64,000 nucleotides of DNA from positions 1-64,000 of the IMG/VR virus record IMGVR_UViG_3300017956_006678. The stretch is one strand, 5' to 3'. The position numbers were made by a program, and so were the translations under genes. Source of the DNA: a virus. This document shows positions 37,951-48,372 of the stretch, in pieces. How positions within the stretch are numbered: the stretch's first letter is position 1; each line of letters opens with the position of its first letter. A model generated the notes under the pieces. That model did not search any database and was not told where the DNA came from. It saw nothing but the letters and a program-made list of their open reading frames with translations.

Positions 37951-39204
37951 ATGGAAGAAAATAAAAAATTTAAAGTTGTTATTCTTGCAGATCACGCACT
38001 TTCTACTAGCGGCGTAGGTACTCAAACTAGACATTTGGTTGAAGGCCTTTTGAAAAAAGGTTGTTGGTCGTTTAGACAATTTGGGGCTGCTTTAAAACAT
38101 GCAGACTATAGAACTGTTGTTGTTAATGAAGATTTTGTCATTAAACCTATTGATGGATTTGGTAATCCTGAACTTATAAGAGTTACATTAGCAACTGAAA
38201 AACCTGATCTTATTTTTATTTTTACTGATCCTAGATTTTTTGTGTGGCTATTTGAGATGGAAGATGAAATACATCAGGTTTGTCCGATTGTTTGGTGGCA
38301 TGTTTGGGATAATTATCCGTACCCTAAGTTTAATACGCCTTTTTATGAATCAACAGATCTAATTAATTGTCATTCACATATGACTTACACTATGATTAAA
38401 GATAAGTTCCCAGCTAAAACAAATTTTATACCTCATGCTCTGCCAGAAAATATTTTTCACCCAATTACAAAAAATGAAAAAATTAATTATAAAAATGAAA
38501 TACTAGGAAACGAAAAGGCAGACTATTTCACAACAATTTGGGTAAATAGAAATGCTAAAAGAAAAAGACCTAGTGACGTTTTAGCATCTTGGAAGATGTT
38601 TTTAGAAAAACTTAAAAAAGAAAAAGGACACCAAAAAGCAACCTTAATTATGCACACTGACCCATACGATCAAGAAGGTCCTAATTTAATAGCAGTATCT
38701 GAAAACTTAGGAATACAAGATACAGTTATATTCTCTAGAGAGAGGATAGATTTTGCAAAGATGAATATACTGTACAATATTTCTGATTGCTGCATTAGTA
38801 TGTCCTATGCTGAAGGTTTTGGACTGTCAACTCTAGAATCAATGATGACAGGGACACCTATTATTGCACCAAAAACTGGAGGATTAACTAGACAAGTTGT
38901 TGATCATCGAGATGAAAGTCACAATGGTGTTGCTTTAGATATATCAATGAAAACCCTGGTAGGAAGTCAATCTGTACCTTATATTTATGAAGACTATGCG
39001 TCATGTGAAGATGCATCAGAAGCACTTTATAAAATGTATAGTTTGTCTGCAAAAGAAAAAGAAAAATTATCAGAAAAAGTATTAGAATATGCACACACCC
39101 AATTTGGAATGCAAAATACTATTGATAAGTGGCATGATTCAATGATTGATATAATCAAAAATTGGAAAAACAATTATCAAAGATTAGATGTACAAGAAAT
39201 ATAA
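37951..39204 (+). CDS. GT4-like glycosyltransferase
   Basis: SGVG, NRNAKRK, AEGFGLSTLESMMTGTP. Confidence 0.9.
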   Translation: MEENKKFKVVILADHALSTSGVGTQTRHLVEGLLKKGCWSFRQFGAALKHADYRTVVVNEDFVIKPIDGFGNPELIRVTLATEKPDLIFIFTDPRFFVWLFEMEDEIHQVCPIVWWHVWDNYPYPKFNTPFYESTDLINCHSHMTYTMIKDKFPAKTNFIPHALPENIFHPITKNEKINYKNEILGNEKADYFTTIWVNRNAKRKRPSDVLASWKMFLEKLKKEKGHQKATLIMHTDPYDQEGPNLIAVSENLGIQDTVIFSRERIDFAKMNILYNISDCCISMSYAEGFGLSTLESMMTGTPIIAPKTGGLTRQVVDHRDESHNGVALDISMKTLVGSQSVPYIYEDYASCEDASEALYKMYSLSAKEKEKLSEKVLEYAHTQFGMQNTIDKWHDSMIDIIKNWKNNYQRLDVQEI

Positions 39205-39217
39205 TAAGAGGACAATA

Positions 39218-40390
39218 ATGAAAGTTTTACTTAGAGCACCTTTGCTTTCTTTATCAGGTTATGGAATACATTCTAGACAAATATTTGAATGGTTAGAAAC
39301 AATTCCAGGAATAGAATTAACTGTTGAAATATTACAATGGGGAACAACAACTTGGTTAGTTAATGAGTCTACACAAAATGGTTTGATTGGTAGAATTATG
39401 GAAAAATCAAGAGAGTTACAGACACCTTATGATGTTACATTTCAAGTTCAACTTCCTGATGAATGGGATACTAAATTAGGAAAAATCAACATAGGTGTTT
39501 CAGCTTATGTTGAAACAAATAAATGTTCACAAAAATGGTTAGATGCGACAAACAAAATGGATCACATTATAGTGCCTTCTAATTTTACTAAAAATGTTAT
39601 TTTAAAGTCAGGGAATGTAAAGCCTGAAATCTCAGTTGTTCCAGAGTGGTTTAATCAAGAAATAGAAAATAATAAAAAGTCTAAACCTAAGTTACATTTT
39701 AACAAAAAGTTTAATTTCTTAATGATTGGAACAGTTACTTCTAGAAATCCGGATGATGATAGAAAAAATATGCTGTATGGAATTAAATGGTTTTGTGAAA
39801 CATTTAAAGACAATAAAAACGTAGGTCTTATTTTAAAAACATCATTTGGTAAAGGTACAATGATTGATAGACATCTAACACTTAATACTGTTAAGGGTGT
39901 TTTAAAAGAAGTAAGGAAAGGAGATTACCCTAAAGTAACTGTTGTACATGGTAATATGACACAGAAAGAAATTGCTGACTTATATAAACATTCAAGAGTA
40001 AAATGTTTAATATCACCTACAAGAGGTGAAGGATACGGATTACCCCTTGTAGAGGCTGCAGCTTCAGGTTTGCCGGTAATGGCAACCAACTGGTCCGGTC
40101 ATTTAGATTTTTTAGAAGATAAATTTATTAAAATAGACTATGACTTAGTAAACATAAATAAGTCAAGAATTGATAATAGAATATTTGTTGAAGGCACCAA
40201 GTGGGCAATGCCTAATGAATTACAATTTAAAAGAAAACTTAAAGAAGTATACGAAAATATTGAAAAATTCGAAAACAATTCAAAAGTTTTAAAGAAAAAT
40301 GTTTTAAAAAATTTCTCTAAGAAAAGTATTATAAAGATATATGATGAAGTATTTGAGAAAATAAAAATTAAAAATTCAATAGAAGGATAA
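39218..40390 (+). CDS. GT4-like glycosyltransferase
   Basis: SGYG, DRKN, RGEGYGLPLVEAAASGLPVMATNWSGHLDF; ATG at 39218 with GAGGA SD. Confidence 0.9.
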   Translation: MKVLLRAPLLSLSGYGIHSRQIFEWLETIPGIELTVEILQWGTTTWLVNESTQNGLIGRIMEKSRELQTPYDVTFQVQLPDEWDTKLGKINIGVSAYVETNKCSQKWLDATNKMDHIIVPSNFTKNVILKSGNVKPEISVVPEWFNQEIENNKKSKPKLHFNKKFNFLMIGTVTSRNPDDDRKNMLYGIKWFCETFKDNKNVGLILKTSFGKGTMIDRHLTLNTVKGVLKEVRKGDYPKVTVVHGNMTQKEIADLYKHSRVKCLISPTRGEGYGLPLVEAAASGLPVMATNWSGHLDFLEDKFIKIDYDLVNINKSRIDNRIFVEGTKWAMPNELQFKRKLKEVYENIEKFENNSKVLKKNVLKNFSKKSIIKIYDEVFEKIKIKNSIEG

Positions 40391-40401
40391 TAGGTATTCA
40401 A

Positions 40402-40743
40402 ATGTCTGTAATTACAATTGGAATAATTGTATTTTTATTATTGTTAAGTTGCGTTACAAGTTATTATGCGATTAAGTTTGGTATGATATTACTTAATGTG
40501 CAGGATTCTATTAATGATTCTTTGGATGAATTAGATGAAAGCTATATTAAGATTAAAGAAATTTCAGAAAAGCCAATCTTTTTCGACTCAGTTGAAGTTA
40601 GACAGTGTATCAATGAAATTATTAACGTGAGAAACACTGTTATTAAAATAGCTACTAGATTAACTAATATTGGAACAGTAGGAGTAATTGGTAGTAATAG
40701 CAATCCAGGAGACGCAATTGAAAGGCAAGAAGAAAACAATTAA
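40402..40743 (+). CDS. Hypothetical membrane-anchored coiled-coil protein
   Basis: N-terminal hydrophobic helix followed by a heptad-like segment. Confidence 0.55.
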   Translation: MSVITIGIIVFLLLLSCVTSYYAIKFGMILLNVQDSINDSLDELDESYIKIKEISEKPIFFDSVEVRQCINEIINVRNTVIKIATRLTNIGTVGVIGSNSNPGDAIERQEENN

Positions 40744-41485
40744 TTTAAATAGTACTACAAAAACAACTAAACCTAAGAAAAAGAGAAAATCAAAAAGATT
40801 ATATTTTGGGCCTGAAACTGATCAGGCAATTGTAGATTATCAAAGTACTGATTGCATTGAAGAAAAATCACAATTATATCACGATATTATTCAACCAAGC
40901 TTTTCTAAACTGTCTGAAAATTTAATTTTTATTCATGGATTTGCAAAAAATCATCATAGTTATGAAGCCCTAAAAGGTGATTGTGTTTCATTTTTATTTG
41001 AAACACTTCAAAAATTTGATACATCAAGAGGGTCTAAAGCTTTTAGTTATTTTAACGTCGTAGCTAAAAACTGGTTAATTATTCAAAGTAAAAAGCGTGT
41101 CAAAAATAAAACAAGACACATAAGCATGAGCAACTTTAAAGAATTTAAAACACAAGATAAAGAAATGATTGAAATGCACAATCACGTACCTTCACAAGAT
41201 ATTCGAGTCATCGCAAAAGAAAATTACAAAATATTAGATGAAATATTTGTAAAAATTAAAAGAAAAATTAACAATCCAAATGAAGAAGCATGCATGCATG
41301 CAATTGAGACTTTGTTTAACAGAATAGATGACTTAGATTTTCTTAACAAAAGAGCTATTTTTGTTTACATGAGAGACATATCAGGTTTGACACCTAAACA
41401 GCTTTCTGTTGCAATGTCAAACATTCGAAGACATTATAGAGATATTAAAGGAACTGATGTGGAATATTTTTCTCTCTTTTTTTAG
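40718..41485 (+). CDS. Phage sigma-factor-like protein (gp55-like late sigma candidate)
   Basis: LQKFDTSRGSKAFSYFNVVAKNWLI resembles sigma region 2.3-2.4 (KFDP.RG.KFSTYA); C-terminal HTH-like segment; precedes the structural block; TTG at 40718 has an AGGAG SD. Confidence 0.65.
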   Translation: MKGKKKTINLNSTTKTTKPKKKRKSKRLYFGPETDQAIVDYQSTDCIEEKSQLYHDIIQPSFSKLSENLIFIHGFAKNHHSYEALKGDCVSFLFETLQKFDTSRGSKAFSYFNVVAKNWLIIQSKKRVKNKTRHISMSNFKEFKTQDKEMIEMHNHVPSQDIRVIAKENYKILDEIFVKIKRKINNPNEEACMHAIETLFNRIDDLDFLNKRAIFVYMRDISGLTPKQLSVAMSNIRRHYRDIKGTDVEYFSLFF

Positions 41486-41504
41486 TTAACCTACGGAGAA
41501 TTTT

Positions 41505-41870
41505 ATGACAAAAAATATCGATAGAGAAATGAAAAAAGCAAAGTCTCAAAAAACAAAAATTGAACAATTCAGTGACTTACTTGATAGTTTGACAAATACA
41601 GAAGATAAAAAGAAAATGCTTTGGAAAGAAGCATATGAAAATGCTATCTATGATAGAGAAAACGCTAATATTCTTTTAACAGACTTACTTTTACAAGTTA
41701 AGGGAAGCGTTCCACTTCATACATCGTTAGGGTCAATAATGTCTAAGTATTTAGAAAGAATGTCAAAATCAAATGATCAAATACTTAGACTAGCTGAATT
41801 AATTGCAAAAGAAGAAGAAAAGAACGAAATTTCTGCGGACGACATATTTAATCAAATAACAGGAGATTAA
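41505..41870 (+). CDS. Hypothetical helical protein
   Basis: 121 aa, GGAG SD, all-helical amphipathic pattern; function not assignable. Confidence 0.6.
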   Translation: MTKNIDREMKKAKSQKTKIEQFSDLLDSLTNTEDKKKMLWKEAYENAIYDRENANILLTDLLLQVKGSVPLHTSLGSIMSKYLERMSKSNDQILRLAELIAKEEEKNEISADDIFNQITGD

Positions 41871-43301
41871 ATGTTTGCAAATACGAAAGATCGTCGTCTT
41901 TCTAGACATGGAAGCAATATAATTGAGTCTGAAGAAAGAGATCAAATAGGATCCGGTCTTTTAAGAAAAAGCAAGACCATTTTTGATACTGCAATTGTTG
42001 TTGACTTCGTATCAAACCCTGTAGAATTTTTATCACAAAAAATTGAAGTTATTAAAGTAGATAAAAGAAGAATTGGTAATGCTAAAGAAAAAGTAGGATC
42101 GATTGTTGATAAAGCAAAAGAAAATTTAAAAAAGATTAATAAATTTAGTTCTACCAGTTTGATACAATCAACAGCTAATCAATTAGGAATGAACACAGAA
42201 GAAGTTGATTATCTTTTAAACTTTGGTCAAACACAAAATTTATCTAGATTAGATGCATTTACACAGCAAGATAGCTCTGCTCTTGTTGTTAATCCTGAAT
42301 TAGTTAGTATAATGCCCAGGAATAGTATTTTAGCAATCAATATTTCAAATGAAGATAGATTAGATAAAACAAAAGCAGAAGTATTTTTTCCTTTTTTCCC
42401 ACAACATTTATCTTTACCTGTTAAAGCAGGTGAACATGTTTGGTGTTTTTATGAAAACATTAATGGTAAAAAAATTGGTTATTGGGTTTCTAGAAAGTCT
42501 GCAACTTTGCCTGTTGATGATTTAAATTACACACATCTAGACAGAAATGTTTTAATTAATACAGCAGTTGGAATACTTAAATCAAAAACATCATCAAGAA
42601 ATAAAGAAACAGCATTAACTGAACTTTTTAAAACCTTTCCTAATGCGTCTAATTCTATAAATAAAAAATCAAAAACACTTAATGAATTAGAATATGATGA
42701 CATATTAAATAATTCAAAAAGTTACAGAGAGGAATTTGTAGGACAAGCAGTTCCTAGGTACAATAAAAAATGCTCTGATTTAGTACTGCAAGGATCAAAT
42801 AATACCTTAATAACAATGACCCACGATGGTCTTCCTAATTCCGGAAAAATATCTATAATCGCAGGAAGAAGCTTGAATAATATACCTGTTGTAAAAAATA
42901 AAAGAGATAAATTTAAAAATTACGAGCATGAAGAAATTGATAAATCAAAAGACATTCTAGTTACTGAAAACATTAGCGTGATTAACCTAGGTCAGTTTGA
43001 AAATAATATGAATGCAGCGTCTATAGAAGTTTCTGAAACAGGCAGAATTGAAATTAAAAATAAATCAGGTGCAGCAATTATTTTAGATCAAAATGGCGAT
43101 GTAATAATTCAACCTAGTGTGACAGGGCTGCTTAAGTTAGGCGGTGAAGACGCGGATCAAGCTATATTAGGGACTCGAGGCACTGAATCTGTACCTGGCA
43201 ACGTTTTGGCTCCGGCAATAATTTCAACAATGGGTGGTGCCTTAGGCGTGCCCGGGTCTTTGCCGACAGGTGCTTTTGCAACAAAGATTTTGGTGAAATA
43301 A
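41871..43301 (+). CDS. Baseplate hub/central spike-like protein (gp5/GpV-like)
   Basis: LSLPVKAGEHVWCF resembles the gp5/GpV OB-fold P..GE.V motif; DLVLQGSNNTLI; beta-repeat-like C-terminus (IEIKNKSGAAIILDQNGDVII); upstream of the gp25-like gene. Confidence 0.6.
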   Translation: MFANTKDRRLSRHGSNIIESEERDQIGSGLLRKSKTIFDTAIVVDFVSNPVEFLSQKIEVIKVDKRRIGNAKEKVGSIVDKAKENLKKINKFSSTSLIQSTANQLGMNTEEVDYLLNFGQTQNLSRLDAFTQQDSSALVVNPELVSIMPRNSILAINISNEDRLDKTKAEVFFPFFPQHLSLPVKAGEHVWCFYENINGKKIGYWVSRKSATLPVDDLNYTHLDRNVLINTAVGILKSKTSSRNKETALTELFKTFPNASNSINKKSKTLNELEYDDILNNSKSYREEFVGQAVPRYNKKCSDLVLQGSNNTLITMTHDGLPNSGKISIIAGRSLNNIPVVKNKRDKFKNYEHEEIDKSKDILVTENISVINLGQFENNMNAASIEVSETGRIEIKNKSGAAIILDQNGDVIIQPSVTGLLKLGGEDADQAILGTRGTESVPGNVLAPAIISTMGGALGVPGSLPTGAFATKILVK

Positions 43302-44437
43302 TGAGCATCTATAGTAAGAAAGCACCAGACGGGATAGGACTTTTAGACGATGATGGTAATTTAGCCCCAAATACAAAAGAAAAATTGCTGAACAAGGTTA
43401 TAGAAAAAGCAAATAACTTACCGCCTAAGATTAGTTTGGCGGGATTAGATATCAATATTGAAGAACTCAGTAGTATGGTTTCAGATGAAAATACTTTAAA
43501 GCATTTTGAACCTACAGACGGTATAGAAGCACATAGGGAAAAATACCCACAGTATCACTCATTATACATGGATACACTGTACGTTGGATGCGTTAAAGCA
43601 TTAGATTTGCCGCCAAATGCTCAACTTAAACCCATAGGTCTGGTTGATCCAACAATCCCTGTTTTGATAATTTTTGATGTAATTGCAGAATTTACTGAAG
43701 GATTGCTAGACTTTGTTGGAGACGTGAAAGCATATATCACTTCTAAAATACACATTGTACTATCTAAAATTAAAGATATAATAGAATTTATAGCAAAATT
43801 TTTATTAACATTTACTATTGATTTAAGTTTTATTAAAGAACTAATAAGGGCACTGCTAGCAGACTTTGTCGAAGAAAAAATACAACCTGTAATAGATAAA
43901 GTAGACGAGAAGGCTGATGAAATAAAATCAATGATTATTGATAAATTAACGGCTGTACTTGAAAAACTGTTAGGCTCTTCACCTTTTCCGATTGAAATAC
44001 CCTTTATTCCTTTTGAATTAGACTTTTTTGATTTTAATTTAGGTTTTGATTTTAGTTTTCCATGGTTTGACTTAAGCATATTCCAACTTGATCTACCCTT
44101 AGGCATAATAACATTGATTGTTGAATTTTTAAAGGGTGTAGTCACGATTGCGCAAGATGTGATTGCAGCTATAGTAAGTTCTGTCGATGCATTTATCGAA
44201 GCATTATCTAGTGGAATTCAAGCCATTTTAGAATTTATGGTTAATTTAGTTTTGGATCCACTAATTAGATTGCTAAAGAGAATTTGGCCAGATATTGAAA
44301 AATATACTATACCTGCTGCTCATTTTATTGCAATGTTCGAACAAGTGGTACCTCTTTTAATAGTTGCCATAGTTGGAGTTTTAATAGGGCCGGGTTTAAT
44401 TACATTTGGCTTAGCAACCGCTTTATCATTGATTTAG
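43301..44437 (+). CDS. Hydrophobic amphipathic-helical protein in the baseplate module
   Basis: Long Ile/Leu/Phe-rich helices, a Phe/Asp/Pro-rich linker and a C-terminal TM-like hairpin. Confidence 0.6.
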   Translation: MSIYSKKAPDGIGLLDDDGNLAPNTKEKLLNKVIEKANNLPPKISLAGLDINIEELSSMVSDENTLKHFEPTDGIEAHREKYPQYHSLYMDTLYVGCVKALDLPPNAQLKPIGLVDPTIPVLIIFDVIAEFTEGLLDFVGDVKAYITSKIHIVLSKIKDIIEFIAKFLLTFTIDLSFIKELIRALLADFVEEKIQPVIDKVDEKADEIKSMIIDKLTAVLEKLLGSSPFPIEIPFIPFELDFFDFNLGFDFSFPWFDLSIFQLDLPLGIITLIVEFLKGVVTIAQDVIAAIVSSVDAFIEALSSGIQAILEFMVNLVLDPLIRLLKRIWPDIEKYTIPAAHFIAMFEQVVPLLIVAIVGVLIGPGLITFGLATALSLI

Positions 44438-44452
44438 TAGAAAGGAGACTTA

Positions 44453-44962
44453 ATGACAAATTTTAATTTTAAAAGTTCAGGTAAGAAATTTGGTAGATCA
44501 GAAAATAACAAAACAACAATTAAAAATAACATTGATGATGAATTAGAACCCTTTGGAATACTGACACCACTTCAGCTTTCTCAAGATGATAAAAGTTCTC
44601 TCTTTAAAATGAGTTTTGATATTACTGAACAAATCAGAGATAATTTAAGAAATTTACTTTTAACTTCACCTGGAGAGCGACTAGGAAGATACGATTATGG
44701 TGCAGGATTAAGAGACTTAACTTTTGAAATGATTGCACAAAATGATGATTATGAATCTAAAATTATGGAAGTAATATCTGAAAATGTTGGCAAATATATG
44801 CCTTATGTTAATCTTAAGACGCTAACAACTGAAGACGTTAAAATAGAAACAATGTCAAGTGACAGACCTTTAGCTAAATTAATATTAGAAATAAAATATG
44901 AAGTGCCTGCTTTATCATTAACGAATCAAAAAATTGTTCTCGTATTATATGTAGCAGGATAA
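44453..44962 (+). CDS. Baseplate wedge subunit, T4 gp25/GPW-like
   Basis: QIRDNLRNLLLTSPGERLGRYDYGAGLRDLTFE and YMPYV motifs. Confidence 0.9.
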   Translation: MTNFNFKSSGKKFGRSENNKTTIKNNIDDELEPFGILTPLQLSQDDKSSLFKMSFDITEQIRDNLRNLLLTSPGERLGRYDYGAGLRDLTFEMIAQNDDYESKIMEVISENVGKYMPYVNLKTLTTEDVKIETMSSDRPLAKLILEIKYEVPALSLTNQKIVLVLYVAG

Positions 44963-44993
44963 TTAATTTTAAATCTAAGGAAAGGGAAATAAA

Positions 44994-46835
44994 ATGGCGA
45001 CAAATGTTAAGAAAGATTTAAAAAAAGCTAGAGATTTAAGTTATCTCAATAAAGATTTTGACAGTTTTAGATCAGACTTATTAGAATATTCTAAGATTCA
45101 TTACAGTGATGTTATTAAAGATTTTAGTGAGGCAGGTCTAGGTGGTTTATTCTTAGATATGGCAGCTTACGTAGGTGATGTTATGTCATTTTATCTAGAT
45201 CACCAATTTAGCGAATTGAGTTTGGAAACTGCGATAGAAGATAAAAACATTATCCAGCATATTAAAGATGCAGGAGTAAAAATAAGAGGGGCTAGCCCTA
45301 GTTTTTGTGAAGTCGAATTAATACTTTCAATAGCAGCAGAAATTAAAAATGGAGTTTATAGACCAGCTGAAGCACAGCTTCCTATAATTAAAGCAGGTAC
45401 AATTGTATCGTCAATTGATGGTATTGATTTTGAAGTTTTGGAGGATATTGATTTTTCTGAAACTGATATATACGGCAATCTTAAAGCAGAATATGTTGTT
45501 GACTTTGTTGATGGTCAAAATAATCCGACAATTTACTTGGTAAAAAGGAATGCTGTTGTATCGAGCGGGAAAACCAATACAGAAACTTTCACATTAGGCA
45601 CATATGTTCCGTTTAGAACAATAACTTTAAGTAATTCAGACGTCACAGAGATATTATCAGTAAAAGACAGCGAAGGAAACATATACTATGAAGTAGATAA
45701 TCTTTCTCATGATATTGTTTTTAATGCAATACCTAACAAAGAGGAGGATGAAGACAAGTCAGGCTTCAGTTTGACTTTAGATCCAGCGCCTAGAAGATTT
45801 ATTACAGAAGTTAATTATGAAACCGGTTTGTCTAAAATTAGATTTGGGTCAGGGAAATCAGAATACGAAGATGAGGAAGTAATTGAAGACCCGACAGACT
45901 ATGCACTACCTCTCTATGGAGAACGTTTGAATTTTAAAATTAATGCAGTAGATCCAGGTAATTTATTAGAAACAAAAACTTTAGGGATATCCCCCCAAAA
46001 TACTACGTTAACTGTAAGATATAGATATGGTGGAGGCGTTAATCACAATGTTACGCCTAGATCGATCAATACAGTTAAAACAGCAATTATGGAATATAAA
46101 ATTAATACTTCACCAATTATTCAAAATTCTGTGACTAACTCTTTAATAGTTAATAATCCTAGAAGCGCTAAAGGTGGAGAATCTAGACCGTCTTTAGAAG
46201 AATTAAGAAATATAGCATTTAGTGCTAAGTCTAGTCAAGCAAGAATTGTAAATGTCCAAGATTTACTTTATAGAGTGTACACAATGCCAGCAAAATTTGG
46301 AAAAGTCTACAGAGTTGGTGTTTCAAAAAATCCAGTATCCAATAGCGTATTAATACATGTTGTAAGTAGAGATAATAGAGAAAAGTTAACATTAGCCAAT
46401 GATACACTCAAAGATAATATTGCACTTTATATTAATCAATACAGGCTGATATCTGACAGTTATGATATTGTCGACGCAGCAATTACAAATATATCGATCG
46501 AATATATTATATCTGTAGAAAATGGATATAACAGTAACGAAGTAATATCTAGATGTAATTTATTTTTAAGAAATTATTTAGATACCAAGAATATGCATAT
46601 TGATATGCCGATCAATAAAACCGATTTGACAAATTTGATAATTAACGCAGAAGGTGTTGAATCTTTAGCCGGTATTCGCGTTATAAATAAACGAGGGTCA
46701 CAAGAAGGTAGGGTTTATTCAAATGTATCATTTAGCCCAAATGAAAACACAAGAAGACAAAAAGTTTATCCACCCACAGGCGGGATATTTGAAGTAAGAT
46801 ATCCTGAAGCTGATATTAAAGGAGCAGTTTTATAA
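44994..46835 (+). CDS. Baseplate wedge subunit, T4 gp6/baseplate J-like
   Basis: YLNKDFDSFRSDL, DFSE...G..FLDMAAYVGDVMSFYLD, IRFGSG, VRYRYGGG, AKGG, QARIV...D. Confidence 0.9.
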   Translation: MATNVKKDLKKARDLSYLNKDFDSFRSDLLEYSKIHYSDVIKDFSEAGLGGLFLDMAAYVGDVMSFYLDHQFSELSLETAIEDKNIIQHIKDAGVKIRGASPSFCEVELILSIAAEIKNGVYRPAEAQLPIIKAGTIVSSIDGIDFEVLEDIDFSETDIYGNLKAEYVVDFVDGQNNPTIYLVKRNAVVSSGKTNTETFTLGTYVPFRTITLSNSDVTEILSVKDSEGNIYYEVDNLSHDIVFNAIPNKEEDEDKSGFSLTLDPAPRRFITEVNYETGLSKIRFGSGKSEYEDEEVIEDPTDYALPLYGERLNFKINAVDPGNLLETKTLGISPQNTTLTVRYRYGGGVNHNVTPRSINTVKTAIMEYKINTSPIIQNSVTNSLIVNNPRSAKGGESRPSLEELRNIAFSAKSSQARIVNVQDLLYRVYTMPAKFGKVYRVGVSKNPVSNSVLIHVVSRDNREKLTLANDTLKDNIALYINQYRLISDSYDIVDAAITNISIEYIISVENGYNSNEVISRCNLFLRNYLDTKNMHIDMPINKTDLTNLIINAEGVESLAGIRVINKRGSQEGRVYSNVSFSPNENTRRQKVYPPTGGIFEVRYPEADIKGAVL

Positions 46836-48361
46836 TGTATAGAATTATTTCAGGAAGTAAAGACACATATATAACTAATAGAATAATCAATAATACATTT
46901 AGAGCGACTGATGCAAATGTAGGTTTGGCTGGGACATTAGATCTTTTCAAGCTTTATGATGAATCAACAATATCAGGAGAGACGTCACCTATTGAATTTT
47001 CTAGATTATTAATTAAGTTTGATTACGGTCCTATACAAACATTAATTAATAACGGTGAAATAGACATTGATAGTAATTCTTTTAATGTAACTTTAAAGCT
47101 TAAAGACGTTTATGGGGGTCAAACAACTCCTGCTAATTTTAAGATTATCGCAATGCCTTTAGCTAAAAATTTTGATGAAGGTAAAGGAAGGGATATAGTT
47201 AATTTTGCTGATGTTGGCGCTACAAATTTTATAACTGCATCATATTCAAATGGATCAGCAAATGCATGGGATATATCAGGTGCACGTGCTTCTGGAAGTT
47301 TAGGCTCTAGTAATTTAGATGTTTATATTAGTGGGAGTTTAGCTGGACCTAGTGGAACAAGTATTGTTAATTTAACTGCAGAAAAATATTTTGCGACAGG
47401 AAAAGAAGATTTAGAACTTGATATAACTACCGCGGTATCTGCTTCCCTCTCAGGGCAGATGACTAATCATGGATTTGTAATTGCATATTCCGGATCGTAT
47501 GAAACTGATGCAAAAACATATTTTGTAAAAAGATTTGGATCAATAAATGCGTCAAATATCTATGACAGACCTTCAATGATAGTAAAATATGATGATAGCA
47601 TATTAGATAATCATAGAAATTTTGTTTTTGATGTTACCGGATCCTTATTTTTAAATAATTTTCATAGAGGCGTAAGAAGTAATATTCTCTCAGGCACTAG
47701 TGCAACGCAAGTATCTGGTTTGGATTGCATGAAATTAATTCTCAAATCTGGTTCATATGCTAGTACGCATTCTGTATCACAACATAAAGTGGGCAATAAT
47801 TTTAAAACTGGAATATATTCAGCATCTTTTGCAATTAGCGAATACCATGCTGACTTAATTCATAATGCAAAGTCAGCCAGGTCAGCTTCATTTACACAAA
47901 TATGGTCATCAAATGATTTAACAATAGGTTATCTAACCGGATCTTTGATTATTGAATCTCCTTTTAGAAGTTCTTATGATGGATCGATAGAAAGAATTCT
48001 TGTAACATGTAAGAATCTTAAATCAAATTATAGAAAAAATGACAGAGTGAAAGTTAGAGTTTTTGTTGAAAATAGAAATGAAAAAGTTATATTTCAAAAA
48101 TTACCTACAGAAAAATTATCTGAAGTATACAATAACATGTATTTTAGAGTTGTTGATGTACAAAAAAATGAAGTAGTAATTCCATTTGATACGAATAGAA
48201 ACTCTACCAGGTTATCTTCTGACTCTGACGGTATGTTTTTTATGATTGATATGGATAGTTTAACTCCGGGAAGAGCATATAAGTTTGAATTTCTAATTAG
48301 AGACTTTGATAATGACTTTTTTGTTAACGATGCTTCTGGGAAATTTATTATTAACAATTAA
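46835..48361 (+). CDS. Putative virion structural (baseplate-associated) protein, beta-rich
   Basis: Coupled to the gp6-like gene; SKDTYI, SRLLIKFD, FDEGKG motifs; Ser/Gly-rich. Confidence 0.6.
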   Translation: MYRIISGSKDTYITNRIINNTFRATDANVGLAGTLDLFKLYDESTISGETSPIEFSRLLIKFDYGPIQTLINNGEIDIDSNSFNVTLKLKDVYGGQTTPANFKIIAMPLAKNFDEGKGRDIVNFADVGATNFITASYSNGSANAWDISGARASGSLGSSNLDVYISGSLAGPSGTSIVNLTAEKYFATGKEDLELDITTAVSASLSGQMTNHGFVIAYSGSYETDAKTYFVKRFGSINASNIYDRPSMIVKYDDSILDNHRNFVFDVTGSLFLNNFHRGVRSNILSGTSATQVSGLDCMKLILKSGSYASTHSVSQHKVGNNFKTGIYSASFAISEYHADLIHNAKSARSASFTQIWSSNDLTIGYLTGSLIIESPFRSSYDGSIERILVTCKNLKSNYRKNDRVKVRVFVENRNEKVIFQKLPTEKLSEVYNNMYFRVVDVQKNEVVIPFDTNRNSTRLSSDSDGMFFMIDMDSLTPGRAYKFEFLIRDFDNDFFVNDASGKFIINN

Positions 48362-48372
48362 GGATAAAAGTA

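Noticed and set aside
14722-40390. Island as a DNA hypermodification cluster
   Set aside because: No dNMP hydroxymethylase, C5-cytosine methyltransferase, recognisable TET/JBP or nucleotide kinase is in the window, while NeuAB, a pyruvyltransferase and Rml enzymes point to surface-type glycans. Not fully excluded without nucleoside analysis.
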